From the NCBI RefSeq assembly GCF_009914755.1, contig NC_060938.1: 64,000 nt of DNA; one strand, 5' to 3'. Shown here piece after piece: positions 48,255 through 64,000 of this stretch (position 1 is its first letter; each line of letters opens with the position of its first letter). The position numbers were made by a program, and so were the translations under genes. The stretch comes from the human T2T-CHM13v2.0 reference genome, Homo sapiens. The notes beneath the pieces were generated by a model. It did no database searches. It saw nothing but the letters and a program-made list of their open reading frames with translations, and was not told the DNA's origin.

Positions 48255-49593
48255 TGAGAAAACTTCTAACTCTGAGTTTAGTTGGTTTGTCTGTATACTG
48301 TCAGGAATCTGCAAAGCTTATTTGATCGTTTATTTGTACCAGCATTTTCCCTGAGAAGTTATTCTGAAAAATACTCTCTCTCAAAATGATAAAAACCTTT
48401 TCTGTGCATTTGTTTCAGAATCTTACCGCTTCTAGGACCTAGAACTTCTTTCTGAAGTGTAACCTAAATATTTGCCTTAAGAAGTTAAATAACTAATATT
48501 TTTAGTGTAACCACCATTTAAGGCATTTAAAAAAAATGAAATAGTCTGCTTTCAAGACTCTTGTTTCTATTATGGATATAAAACATATTTTTAAAAAGAT
48601 CAACATTATAAGGTAGTAGATAGTAAGTATTAATTAGGTGTTTGTGGCAGATACTGTTAGTTGCCTACCCAAAACTTATTTCCATTTTCACCTTGTTAAT
48701 AGAACCCTAATCGTGTTTTGGTAGCTGTGTGCCCAGCCTCAGTTCATGACAGTCATGTTTTCTGATTTCCCAACTTCTTCTACAACTGAGGATAGCCATG
48801 TGATCGAGTTCTGGACAGTGTTACCTGTTTAGCTCTCCATTTTTTTTCTTTCCAACTTTTATTTAAGGTTCAGGGGGTACATGTGCAGGTTTGTTATGTG
48901 GGTAAATTGCATGTTGTGGGGGTTTGGTGTTCAGATTATTTCATTACCCAGGTAATAAGCATAGTACCCAGTAGGTAGTTTTTCAGTGCATACCCTCCTC
49001 CCACCAGCCACCCTCAAGTAGGCCCCCGTATCTATGGTTTCCTTCTTTGTATTCATGAGGACTCAGTGTTGAGCTTCTACTTACAAGTGAGGACATGCAG
49101 TATTTGGTTTTCTGTTCCTGCATTAATTAGCCTAGGATAATGGCCTCCAGCTCCATCCATGTTGCTGCAAAGGACATGATTTATTCTTTTTTAATGGCTG
49201 CATAGTATTTCATGGTATATATGTACCACATTTTCTTTATCTCGTTCACCGTTAGTGGGCATTTAGGTTGATTCCATGTCTTTGCTATTGTGAATAGTGC
49301 TGTGATGGACATATGTGTGCTTGTGTCTTTATGGTAGAATCCTTATATTCCTTTGGTTATATACCTAGTAGTAGGATTGCTAGGTTGAACGATAGTTCTA
49401 AGTTCTTCGAAAGATTGCCAAACTACTTTCCACAATGGCTAAACTTATTAACATTCCTACCAACAGTGTATAAGCATTCCCTTTTCTCTGCAACCTTGCT
49501 AGCATCTATTATTTTTTGAGTTTTTAATAATAGCTATTCTGACTGGTGTGAGATGGTATCTCATTTTGATTTTAGTATACATTTCTCTAATGA

Positions 49594-49782
<189 letters not shown>

Positions 49783-51766
49783 CATATGCCTTTTGATTGT
49801 GTGTTTGTCTTCTTTTGAGAAATGTCTGTTTATGTCCTTTGCCCATTTTTAATGGATCTGTTTGTTTTTACTTGTTAATTTCCTCAAATTCTCTATAGAT
49901 TCTGGATATTAGATCTCTGTTAAGATACATAGTTTGCAAATATTTTCTCCCTTTAGGTTATCTGTTTATTCTGTTTATAGTTTCTTTTGTTGTAACAGAT
50001 CTCTTTCATTTAACTAGATCCTATTTGTCAGTTTTTTTTTTTTTCAATTGCTTTTGGAGCCTTTGTCATGAAATCTTTGCCATCACCTATGTCCAGAATA
50101 GTGTTTCCTAGGTTTTCTTCTATGGTTTTTGTAGTTTTAAGTTTTATATTTAAGTCTTTAGGCCATCTTGAGTTGGTTTCTGTATATGGTAAAAGGAAGG
50201 AATCTAATTTCAGTCTTCTGCATATGGCTAGCCAGTTATCCCAGCACCATTTATTTAATAGAGAATTCAGTAAATGCTGCTGGGATTACTTGTTTTCATA
50301 AACTTTATCAAAGATCAGATGGTTGTAGGTATGTGGCTTTATTTCTGGGTTTTCTAACCTGTTCTGTTGTTCTGTGTGTCTGCTTTGGACCAGTACCATG
50401 CTGTTTTGGTTACTGTAGTCTTGTAATATACTTTGAAGTTGGGTAGTGTGATGCTTCTGGCTGTGTTATAATATTTTTGCTTAGGATTGCTTTGGCTTTT
50501 CAGGTTCTATATGAATTTTAGAATAGGTTTTTTTCCAATTCTGTGAAAAATGTTGGTAGTTTGATAGAAATAGCATTGAATCTGTAAATTGCTTTGGGCA
50601 GTATAGCCATTTTAACAATATTGATTCTTTCAATCCATGAGCATGGAATGTTTTTCCATTTGTTTGTGTCATCTCTGACTTCTTTCAGCAGTGTTTTGTA
50701 ATTCTTGTTGTAGAGATTTTTCACCTCCCTGGTTAGCTGTGTTCCTAGGTACTTTTTTTGTGTGTGTGGCTATTGTGAATAGGATTGCATTATTGATTTG
50801 ACTCTCAGCTTGGCTGTTGTTGGTGTATAGAAATGCTACTGATTTTTGTACATTGATTTTGTTTTCTGAAACTTTGCTCAAGTCATTTATCAGATCTAGG
50901 AACATTTGGGCAGAGATTATAAGGCTTTCTAGGTATAAAATCATATCACCTGCAAAGAGAGATTTCCTCTCTTCCTGTCTGGATGCCGTTTATTTCTTTA
51001 TCTTGTCTAATTGCTCTGGCTAGAACTTCCAGTATAGGAGTGGTAAGTGTGGGCATCCTTGCCTTGTTCCAGGTCTCAAGGGGAATGCTTCAAGCTTTTG
51101 ATTATTTGGTAGGATATTAGCTGTGGGTTTGTCATAGATGAGTCTTCTTATTCTGCGGTATGTTTCTTCAGTACCTAGTTTATTGAGGGTTTTTAGCACA
51201 AAAGGATGTTGAATTTTATTGAAAGCCTTTTCTGTGTCTGTTGAGTTGATCATGTGGTTTTTGTTTTTAGTTTTGTTTATGTGATGAACCACGTTTATTG
51301 ATTTGCATGTTGAGCCAACCTTGCATCTCAGGAATAAAGCCTGGTTGATTAGGTAGATGAGCTTTTTGATTTGCTGCTGGATTTGGTTTGCTTGTATTTT
51401 GTTGAGGATTTTTGCATCTATGTTTATCAGGGATATTGGCCTGAAGCTTTCTTTTTTCATTGTGTCTCTGCCAAGTATTGGTATCAGCATGATCCTGGCC
51501 TCATACAGTGAGTTAGGAGGGAGTCCTTCCTTCTGGATTTTTGGGAATAGTTTCAGTAGGATTGGTATCAGCTTATTTTTTTACATCAGGTGGGCTTTGG
51601 ATTTGAATCAATCTGGTCCAGGGTTTTTTCTGGCTGGTAGGCTTTTTATTACTGATTCAATTTCACAATTTGTTAGTTGTCTGTTTAGGGTTTCAATTTC
51701 TTCCTGGTTCAATCTTGGGTTGTTTTATATTTTCAGGAAATTATCCATTTCTTCTAGGTTTTTTAG

Positions 51767-52205
<439 letters not shown>

Positions 52206-52446
52206 CTGGATCTTCTCTCTTTTACTTATTAGTCTACCTAGTGGTCTATCAATCTTATTCATTTTTTTCAAAGGGCCAGCTTTTGGTTTTGTTGATCTTT
52301 TGTATGGTTTTTCGTGACTCAATTTCATTCAATTCAGCTCTGATTTCAGTTATTTCTTGTCTTCTGCTAGCTTCGGAGTTGGTATGCTCTTGTTTTTTTG
52401 GTTTCTCTAGGTGTGATGTTAGGTTGTTAATTTGAGATTTTTCTAT

Positions 52447-52929
52447 GCTTTAGTTCTCTACTGCTGCTTAATATTTTGTTATAAAATATAGTACCTTAAA
52501 ACAACAATTATAATTTATTATATCTCATGGTTTGTGTGGGTGAGTAATTCAGATAAGGACTTGTTTCTGCTCCATGATGTCTGAGGCCTCAGCTAGAAGA
52601 CTCAAAGACTGAGGCTGGAGTCATATGAAAGCTTGTTCATGCCATTTTTTAGTTAATGCTTGTACCTGCTGGGGGTCCAGCTGGAACATTCACATGTGGT
52701 TTTAATATTATCACTGGGTTTTTTTATGACCCTGCCTCCGGAGTTATTTAGCATCACTTCTGCTGTACTCTATTAGACAAGACTGTTAAAAATCTCCTCC
52801 TAGACTTACAGGGAGAGAATATGTCCCCTTCTGTCAGTTGGAGGAGCATGTATCATGTTGTAGAAAGAAAGTATTAAACAGAATAAATATATTGAGGTGG
52901 TCATCTTTAGAAAATACAGCTTACTACAG
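52447..52929 (-). mobile_element. MLT1 (H-like) LTR
   Basis: cttaaaacaacaatt...ctgctccatgatgtctgaggcctcagct...catctttagaaaatacagcttactaca. Confidence 0.65.
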
Positions 52930-53216
52930 CATTTAAGGGAAGGTTTATTGTTGGGGGGCTGTGGCGCTGTTGGGCAGTGATGTTTTAGGCATGATCCTTT
53001 GTTGCTTATTCCTTCTTCATGCCTCAAAGGAGCAGCAACCATCTTGTGCCCATAAGGTGATAAATCAACCGCTAAGGATTTTGACATCATTGGAAGTCAG
53101 TCCTGGATGATCCATTTCCAGGCTTCTTTTTTTCCTGTGTGGAAAAAAATACCTATTTGTTTAAATTACTATATTAAGGATTTTGTTTTTTAAAACCAAT
53201 CATAATCCCCAAATGT

Positions 53217-53405
53217 CATGGTTGTCAACTTTGAGGATACATAGGAATCACCTGTGGGGCTTGTTAAGATACAGATTGCTTGGCCCCATGTTAGAGTTTC
53301 TGATTCACTAGGTCTGGCATAGGCTCAAGAAGCTGGATTTGTAACAGGCTCTCTGGTGTTGTCAATGCTGTGGTCTTGGGACTGAGGTATGGGCTTTGAG
53401 ACTTC
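53217..53405. mobile_element. MER5A
   Basis: gaatcacctgtggggcttgttaag...tttctgattcactaggtctgg. Confidence 0.7.
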
Positions 53406-53930
53406 AGAGAAGAGTGGGTGGCTAGGGCTGACCTTAAGGGAAAGGTGGAACTTGGGAAAAATAGATGAGATTTAGACAGGATTAGGGAAGCAATTCCAAG
53501 TATTACAAATGGTATCAACAAAAAACATGATAGCAGAAAAAGTGTACTTTTTTGTTTTTTAGGATTTCTGTGAGTAAATTAGCTTACTTGGAGCAGGAGT
53601 TTTGTTTTTTTTTTTTTAACTGAGGATGGGAGATTAGGTTAAAGGGAAAATAAGGACTGGATTAAGGTCCTTGGAAGCCAGAGAGACATTTGTTTTTTTA
53701 TTTTGTAGCTAGTTAGGAACTGCTAGAAGTTTTCATAGAGAGTAGTGTGGCCACAGCAGTATGCTAGCAGACACCTATGTTTGGTGGTGGTAGTGGAGTG
53801 CATTTAGTTATTAAACAAATTTAAACAAATGGTTCTTGAGCATTTGTGATGTCTTGGACTCAGTTCTATGAACTGGGAATACAAAGGTAAATAAGACGTG
53901 GATCCTGCCATCAAAGAGCACGGTCTAGTG

Positions 53931-54292
53931 CAGGAATTCTCAGAGTGTGGGTGAGTACCCCTGGGGGTCCCTGAGACCTTTTCAAGGAGAAAAGATTAAA
54001 AGTATTTTCATAATAATATTAATAATTCTAAGAATTCTGAGACACTGTTTACTTTTTTGTCATTCTCTTTCATTAGTGTACAAGTTTTTCAGAGGCTTTG
54101 TAACATAGGATGTCATCATTGCTCATATAGCTAATGGAATACAAGCTTGTGTATTAAAACTTTTGTTTTAATTTCTTAATTATAACTTGGTAAATACTGA
54201 TAGACATAACCCCCTAAACAAAAGCTCTTTGGAATCTTCAGTAATTTTTTTAAGAGGTAGAGTCGTGAAGCCATAAAGTTTGAAAACTGCTG
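53931..54292. mobile_element. Charlie1-derived MITE (Charlie18a-like)
   Basis: cag...ggggtccctgagacc...aaacaaaagctctttgg...aagtttgaaaactgctg. Confidence 0.6.
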
Positions 54293-54766
54293 TTCCAGAG
54301 AATAGATTGGAGGAGAAAACACATGAAAAACAAAAGACTAACACTCTAGATGTGAGGTAATAAGAGCTTAAACTAGAGTTATAACAAATGAAAAGTGGAG
54401 GAAGAGATATTTTGTAGACACTGAAGAGTGGAAAAATTGATAATACCTAGTGTAAATTATGGTGTGGGAAAACGGATACTGCTAGTGAACATGTAAATTA
54501 GTACCAGCCTTTTGGAGGAACAATTTGACAAAACTTATTGCAGACTTTAAAAATGAATCTTTCCTGTGACTTATTCTGTACTTATCATAAGGAAACAAAT
54601 AAGAATATATCTTTGCGGTTTTGTTTGTAGTATCAGTAAAAATTTATAAGAAGCCTAAGTATCAGAGGAGTTTGATTAAATAAATTATTACATCAATTCA
54701 ATAAAATGCTGTGTAGTCACTAAAAATAATGATGTGGGTGAATATTTAATGTAAAAAATTATATAC

Positions 54767-55107
<341 letters not shown>

Positions 55108-55392
55108 TGACAGGCCTTTGTTTAAGGTTTACGGTTATAAGTACTTATTTGTGTAAAATTTAAGATCTATCAATATGTCTAATTTTTCAGAAATTTTTTT
55201 CTTCAACATTTTAGCCTTTGGCCCATTTTCAAATTGTATGTAGGCCAAGGCATACACAGTGGACATTGTGCAGCTGCGTATACGAATATAGCCAACATTA
55301 AGAGGTCCCTTGCAATAATGCTGTTTCAGAAAGGATGTTTACTGTTCTTTTGAACATAGTTTTCTTGTTTCTGCTTTAACTTATAAATATTT

Positions 55393-55501
55393 CTCGGGAG
55401 GCTGAGGCAGGAGAATGGCGTGAACCCAGGAGGCGGAGCTTGCAGTGAGCCGAGATCGCGCCACTGCACTCCAGCCTGGGCGACAGAGCGAGACTCTGTC
55501 T

Positions 55502-55537
<36 letters not shown>
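55393..55537 (+). mobile_element. Young 5'-truncated AluY with a long pure A tail
   Basis: gaatggcgtgaaccc...ggagcttgcagtgagccgagatcgcg; A run 55503-55540; TSD aaatattt. Confidence 0.92.
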
Positions 55538-55543
<6 letters not shown>

Positions 55544-55913
55544 TTAAATAAAAATAATGTTTCACTGAAGAAATTGTAAAAGTGAACTATATGTTAAAAA
55601 TAATCTAGGAAACTAAATTACTGCTATTCCACTTTGCAGTTTGATATTGCTCATTTTTTGACTCGTAAAGTCAGTGTCGATGCCTTTTAACTTTTTTTTT
55701 AAAATTTTACTGGATTTGTATTTTACCATATTTGTGCAGTGACTTTGATTAGGTACCAATTGAATTCAGATTAAAAAGCATAAACCTACATCTGAAGATA
55801 GCCTAGTATAATTTATATTGTGCATCGTTCTGATTTTGAAATAATAATTCTCCTTTACAACGTTAGGGCTGAATAAAAGATAGAATCCTTATGAAATAGT
55901 GAGCCCAATGTCA

Positions 55914-56214
55914 TTTTTTTTTTTTTTGAGTCAGAGTCTTGCTCTGTTGCCCAGACTGTAGTGCAGTGGCACAATCTTGGCTCACTGCAACCTCCGCCTC
56001 CCAGGTTCAAGCATTTCTCTTGCCTCAGCCTCCTGAGTAGCTGGGACCACAGGCATGCTCCACCACACCCGGCTAATTTTTGTATATGTATTTTTAGTAA
56101 AGACGAGGTGTCACTGTGTTGGCCAGGCTGGTCTCAAACTCCTGGCCTCAAGTGATCCACCCATCTGTGCCTCCCAAAGTTCTAGGATTACAGATGTGAG
56201 CCACCGTGCCCAGC
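55914..56214 (-). mobile_element. AluS
   Basis: Full dimer. Confidence 0.88.
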
Positions 56215-56344
56215 CCCAGTCTCATTTTGGAAATAGAGCAGAGACAGATGGAAAACTGTTAGCCCTTGGTGATGTTATTGAGCAGTGTTATCTGTGGGTT
56301 TCCAGATGTGTTAATATATGTATTTTCTTATTAAGTCCTTTGCA

Positions 56345-56500
56345 TTGAAATGGTGGTGCATGGACTGGCAGCATTAGCATTACCTATGAGTTTGTTGGAA
56401 ATGAGGAATTTTAGACTGTACCCTAGTTCAATTGAATCAAAATCCATTTTAATAGGATCCCCAGATAAGTCATATGCACACAAAAGCTGGAGAAGTATTA
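56345..56500. mobile_element. MER5A-like
   Basis: gcagcattagcattacc...ttgaatcaaaatc...gatccccagataag. Confidence 0.55.
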
Positions 56501-57780
56501 TTTTACACCACTTTGAGTTGGATTTTTATTTACTCGCAACTGGATGCATCCTGATATGACATTCTGGAGTTGTTGTTTGTTTTCTTGTTTGTTTTTCCTG
56601 AAGAGGTACAACCTTCTCCAGGCATGCTATTGTGAATATTGGAGGGGTGCCATTTCTGATTATAATAGAAACAGCATTTGTTGAGTCATGATACAGTTTA
56701 AATAGTTCTCATTATACTTTGATATGATTTTTTTCATTTTTTTAAATGGTTATTTTTAGATGAAACCTAAAACTGTACTCTTTACTACTTGTGGTAAAAA
56801 AGACCCTACCGTTATTTTTGGCAAGTCAGGAGATGTAACCTTAGCTGTGCTGGTTAAAAGCCAGCTTTGAGAGTTGCATTTTACCTCCCTTAGAATTACT
56901 CCTTCCCATTCTTTCCTCAGCTCCATTCCTATTTCAACTAGATAGTTTTGTACTGGACCTGTGTTCCAGAACCATTACTGTCTGGGGAGCGACTCTTATA
57001 AACTACTGCCTTTTAGACCAGATGTGTGTTTCAGTTACATGAATAGAGAAAAGAATGTCATCCCCCTGCTATAGCTGTGTATATGATAGCATGAAGAAAT
57101 TAAATCCACCAGCAATCTAGGAATTTTCAGAAAATTTATTTTCTTCTACTCTTTATACAAAGCCAGGTGCCACATTCCATAAAAAGCAAAGCATATTTTA
57201 AAATTGTACTTCTTGTTTGTCCATTTATTTAGAGGGCTTAATTAGTCTGTAGCCAGATATTTTGGATGATTCAATTCACAAATTAGATTATCGTTCTGTA
57301 ATTAACTGAGAATGATCTCTCTGTGGTGTGCTTTATAGTGAGAATTACCAAAGGTCTGTATTCACTCGGAAAGGTCTTAGTTTTAAAAGCAGTCTTTTTA
57401 AAGGAAATGTAGCTATGCTCATTGATTTTGTTATTGTTGTCCTTTGAGTTTTTATGGTACACTAGGCATTATGCTAGGTATATGAAAATATGTCTCTAAT
57501 CCCTGTTTTAGACATGATAACATTGAGGCTAGAGAGATTATGTAACATGCAGAAAATTGTATAGTTATATGAACCCACGGCTGGTGCTCCCAAAACTCAT
57601 TCATCCCCTTGAGGAGTTCAGATTCTACTGATTGGGAGAGAAAGAGCTCACTGTAATAGAATGCAAAATGTAGTAAAAATTTTAAATGAAGTAAATTGTA
57701 AAAGTAGAGATACAAACAATTTAGTGAGAACACAGAGGAAGAAGGGATTAACTGTGATTAGGAGGATCAGGAAAACATAA

Positions 57781-58101
<321 letters not shown>

Positions 58102-58455
58102 TTACTTCTCTAGGTTTTTAAGCTCCTCCTGACTTCTTAATCTTTTAATAGTATCGTAAGTTTTTCAGTAATCAAGATTTAAATCTTTGACTGTTTGTCT
58201 TCATATTCTTACATTTCATCAATCTGTAATGCCTTTTAGTTCTTACTGAAAACAGTTTCTTGGTAGTTATCCCCTACCATTTCCACTGCTGTCACCCTAG
58301 TTTTACCTATTGCTGTATCATCTAGGCCAGTGATTATCAACCTTTGGTGGACCTAAGAATCATCTAATGGTGCTTTGTCAAAGTATAAAGAGATTTTGAC
58401 TTATTAGTTTAAGGTTATGGGTGATTCATCAAAGTTGAGAAATACTTATCTAGGG

Positions 58456-58740
58456 CAGTGGTCTTCAAAATGTGATCTTGGGACTGCTGGGTGTCTCTGG
58501 GACTTTATCAGGTATCTGCAAAGTTAAAACTATTTTCGTAGTTAGACTAAGATGTCATTTACTTTTTTCATTGTGTTGACATTTGCACTGATGGTGAAGA
58601 AAATAGTGATGGATAAAACTTGTAGTGCCTTAGCTCAAATTAAGACAGTGGTACCAAATTAGTAATCAATGCATTCTTCACTGCCACATACCAGTTTTGC
58701 TTAATAATGTCTTTAATGAATCAGTTAAAATATTATTATT
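58456..58740. mobile_element. Charlie1a terminal fragment
   Basis: cagtggtcttcaaa...aaaactattttc...gttgacatttgcactgatggtg. Confidence 0.65.
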
Positions 58741-59600
<860 letters not shown>

Positions 59601-59777
59601 TTTCTCTTGTTGCTTTTAAGATCTTTTTGTACTTTTTTGCCATGCATAAATTTTTATGTAGTAAAATATATTTATATTTTCTTTTATTATGTCTAAATTT
59701 TAGTCATAGTTGGAGAGACTTTCATTGCACTGAGGTTAGAGAGGAAGACACTCATGTTTTCTGCAATTATGCATATA

Positions 59778-60005
59778 CAGTTGATCCTCATTTTTTTGTA
59801 GACTTGGTGTTTGTATGTTTACCTCCTTGTCAGAGTTTATTTGTAACACCCAAATTAATGATCTTGTTGGTTTCATGGTCATTTGCAGACATGTGCAGAG
59901 CAGTAAAATATGGAGTCACCAATGTGCATGTTCCCATCTGAAGCTGAATAAGGTGATATCTACCTTCTTGTTTCAGCTGTCATATTGTAAACAAGTGTTC
60001 TTTTT
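59778..60005. mobile_element. MER82 (Tigger) fragment
   Basis: TA|cagttgatcctcatt...tttatttgtaacacccaaattaat...ccttcttgtttcagct. Confidence 0.65.
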
Positions 60006-60080
60006 GTCGGGGATGCCACCTCTTCCAAAACACATGGTCTGAGAGTGTGGAGGAATAGTTTTCCAAAAGAAATAGGGTAT

Positions 60081-60350
60081 ATCAAATACTACATGTTCTC
60101 ACTTCTAAGTGAGAGCTAAACATCGGGTATTCATGGACATAAAGATGGGAGCAGTAGACACTGGGGACCATTACAGGGGGAAGTTAGAGGGTGGGCAAGG
60201 GTTGAAAAACTAACTACTGGGTGCCATGCTCACTATCTGCATGATGGGATTATTTGTATTCTAAACCTCAGCATCACGCAATATACCCTTGTAACAAACC
60301 TGTGCATTTATACCCCCAAATCTAAAACAAAAGTTGAAATTATGTTTTAT
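60081..60350 (+). mobile_element. L1PA15/16-like 3' end
   Basis: catgttctcactt...aaacctcagcatcacgcaatatacc; TSD aaaagaaat(a/g)gggtat. Confidence 0.8.
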
Positions 60351-61366
60351 AAAAGAAATGGGGTATGTTTATCAGAAGAAGGGGGGGATTAGGTGTCAGT
60401 CAGAAACAACTGTCTACTGTAATACCTGAGTAAGCTTTTATTGGATAGATTTGAATTGGTGAATGAATAAATTGGGTCTTGGAGAAAGGAAAGGGCTTGA
60501 ATGAGTTCTTTCAGAATAGGCCTTTTCTTTTCTCAAAAGTACCAGCAATAGCTTCCCATTTTTTCAGAACTGATACCTCTAGCTTTATTGGCTTTTATCA
60601 TCTTTGCTGGAGGGAAATGACGTTGGGTTAAGTATTGAGTGTGAAGGAAGATAGCATGAGGATCTTGTTTGCCTGCAGCTTTATTCCTGCCTGCTAGACC
60701 TACTGCCCTTTAAAGACACTTGAAAGGGCTTGCCCCAGCTTTCCTCTTGACTTTAGGGGGCAAAAGTATGTCATTCTTATATAAGAGTTGGATTTATAAG
60801 ATTGTATATCAAATTACATACTCAAGAGTTGGATTTTGTTTGTTAGTATTGTCTAAAGTTACAACATGTAAATAGTCTGTGTCCTTACTTTCTAAGCCTG
60901 CCATTACAAAAAGAAAATAATATTTCCTATTAGAGCCTGAAGCTTTTTTCCTCCCTAGCTCTTATTTAGGGAGAATATATAATTTAAGTGTTTGAATAGG
61001 AATAGAGGAAGTAGCCAAACACTTTTCAATAGTCCAGCTAAAATACACAATAGCACATGTTTAAAGTACATCTTTGGAAGAAAGATTTGAAGATCCTTGA
61101 TAAGATAATATATCATGTACCACAAAGGCATGCCCTGCTAAGTAAAAGTGGGAAGAAGCAGTACATATTCTATTAGGGGGTCAGAAATCTTTAAATAGAA
61201 GTTTCTCTGGCAATCTGGTTCCCAGATAGATAGTTGAAGGCTCAAAGAAATTTCCAAGCTTGCTAGAAATTTCCATCTGCTGGCTTTTGTGTTGAGTTAA
61301 ATGCCATCATATTTTATTGCCTCATACATTTGCATTAACACTTTCCCTTTAAATTTACTTAAAGTA

Positions 61367-61638
61367 TTTTTTGTTTTGTTTCATTTTTGTTTTTTTTTGA
61401 GACTGGTCTCACTTTGTCGCTCAGGTTGGAGTGTAGTGGAGCTCACAGTTTACTTCAGCCTTCTGAGTACCTGGGACTACAGGTGCATGCCACCACACCT
61501 GGCTAATTTTTGTATTTTTTGTAGAGACGGGGTTTCGCCATGTTGCCCAGGCTGGTCTCGAACTCCTGGCCTCAAGTGATCCTCCTTGCCTTGGCCTTCC
61601 AAAGTGCTGGGATTGCAGACGTGAGCCACAGTGCCTGA
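61367..61638 (-). mobile_element. AluJ with internal deletion
   Basis: Dimer, shortened right monomer. Confidence 0.82.
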
Positions 61639-61879
61639 CAGTAATATTTTTTTTTTTATTAGAAACATAAGAACCCACCTCAAAGCTTGGGCTTGGAAGT
61701 CTATGGAGGCTTTATTTATTTTAGCCACAGACATGGATAAGAGGCAATCTAAGTTAAATATGTGCACTTTGGTACCAGGCCAACCTGAGTTCTAACCAAA
61801 TTTTTCATGTTTTAGATGTGAGACAAGTTAATCTTCTAGGCCTTACTTCCTTCATGTATAAAGTAGTTATTATTACTTA

Positions 61880-62970
61880 ATTCAACAAATATTATTAGTC
61901 ACTCTTCTATGTGTTGGGGTATTCCAGTGAATAAAATAATGACAGTCTTTCCCTTAGTGCAGTTTCCATTCTAATGGTAGAGGACGGAGGATGGGGGAGG
62001 CAATAAAAAGGAATTGTATGTTAAAAATAATAATTGCTGTAAGCAGAGAGGAAGTAGAGCAGGGTAAGGGAGATACTGAATACAGAAGAAAGGAGGTGCA
62101 GAATTAGGGTAGTAAGGGTTGGCATCGTTGAGCCAGTGACATCTGAGCAAAGACTTGAATGCAGTTTTAAAAGGCTTGCTCTGGTATTGCTGAGTTGAGA
62201 ATAGATTGCAGGGCATTAAGAATAAAATAAAGGAGAATCATTAGGAGCTTTTCCTAGTAACCTAGGCAACAGATTTTCTTAGGCTGTTCTTGCGTTGCTA
62301 TAAAGGAATACGTGAGACTGGGTAATTTATAAAGAAAAGAGGTTTCATTGGCTCATGATTCTGTAGGCTGTACAGGAAGCATGGCACCAGCATCTGCTCA
62401 ACTTCCGCGGAGGCCTCAGGGGAGCTTTTACTTATGGTGGATGGCGAAGTGGGAGCAGGCCCATCACATGACAAAAGCAAGAGCAAGAGAGAGAGTAGAG
62501 GGTGAGGTGCCCAACACTTTTAAACCACCAGATCTCTTGAGAACTCACTAGCGTGAAGACAGCAGCGAGCCATGAGGGATCTGCCCCTGTGACCCAAGCA
62601 CCTTCCATTAGGCCCCATTTCCCATGTTGGGGATTAACATTCAACATGAGATTTGGGTGGGAGAATATTCAAACCATATCACAGATGATGATAACTTAAC
62701 GAGTATTATCAGTGAAGATGCTGAGGAATCATTGAATTTTGTATATATTTTTGAGATTGAGACAACAGGATTTCCTGACGATTTGAGTATGTTATATGAA
62801 ACAAAAAGGAGTCTATGTTTTTGGCTCAGGAACTGAATGGATGGAGCTGTTATCAACTGATAAGAGGAACACTGTGGACAGAGCAGATTTGAGGGGGAAG
62901 ATCAGGAGTTCAGTACTATATATATATATATTGAGTTTGAGATGTCTGTTTGGCATTCTTGCAGAGATAA
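61880..62970 (-). mobile_element. L2 fragments interrupted by MSTB
   Basis: ttcaacaaatatt...tttccattctaatgg...gacatctgagcaaagacttgaa; resumes with gagcagatttgagggg...gagtttgagatgtctg. Confidence 0.65.
62275..62681 (-). mobile_element. MSTB (MaLR) solo LTR
   Basis: gctataaaggaatac...ggcaccagcatctgctc...ttcaaaccatatca; 5-bp TSD cagat. Confidence 0.85.
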
Positions 62971-63039
62971 TGACATCTACCAATGGGTTGGTTGTGATGA
63001 TTAAATATGGTGAATGTAAATTACTGAGCACAGAATCTG

Positions 63040-64000
<961 letters not shown>

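Noticed and set aside
50481-51490. RT-like ORFs on the minus strand
   Set aside because: Frameshifted fragments of an old 5'-truncated L1PA ORF2.
59627-60042. 104-aa and 75-aa ORFs
   Set aside because: They lie in MER82 and old L1 remnants, with no recognisable domain or splice context.

Overview
Primate genomic DNA, most likely human (RAD51B locus, 14q24.1 from recall). The window lies wholly inside the + strand RAD51B gene. It holds three coding exons: 10108-10244 (Walker A GPPGCGKT), 30970-31089 and 32122-32305 (Walker B). By recall these are exons 5-7. The rest is intron filled with transposable elements: a full-length sense L1PA2 with a 15-bp TSD and disabled ORFs, about 29 Alus/monomers (mostly antisense), solo LTRs, a fragmented Charlie7-like transposon, MITEs, and old L1/L2/MIR. 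I see no new gene or self-contained novel system; nearly all other ORF-track entries are repeat-derived. The best leads are a T41 tract abutting the Walker A exon acceptor, an inverted near-identical L1PA2 pair around exons 6-7, a stop-free 441-nt exon 5-7 circle, a possible intronic poly(A) isoform after exon 7 with a hydrophobic tail, an endonuclease-intact truncated L1 ORF2, and a possible ancient L1 3' transduction. Repeat subfamily names come from recalled consensus sequences, and old-repeat boundaries are approximate.
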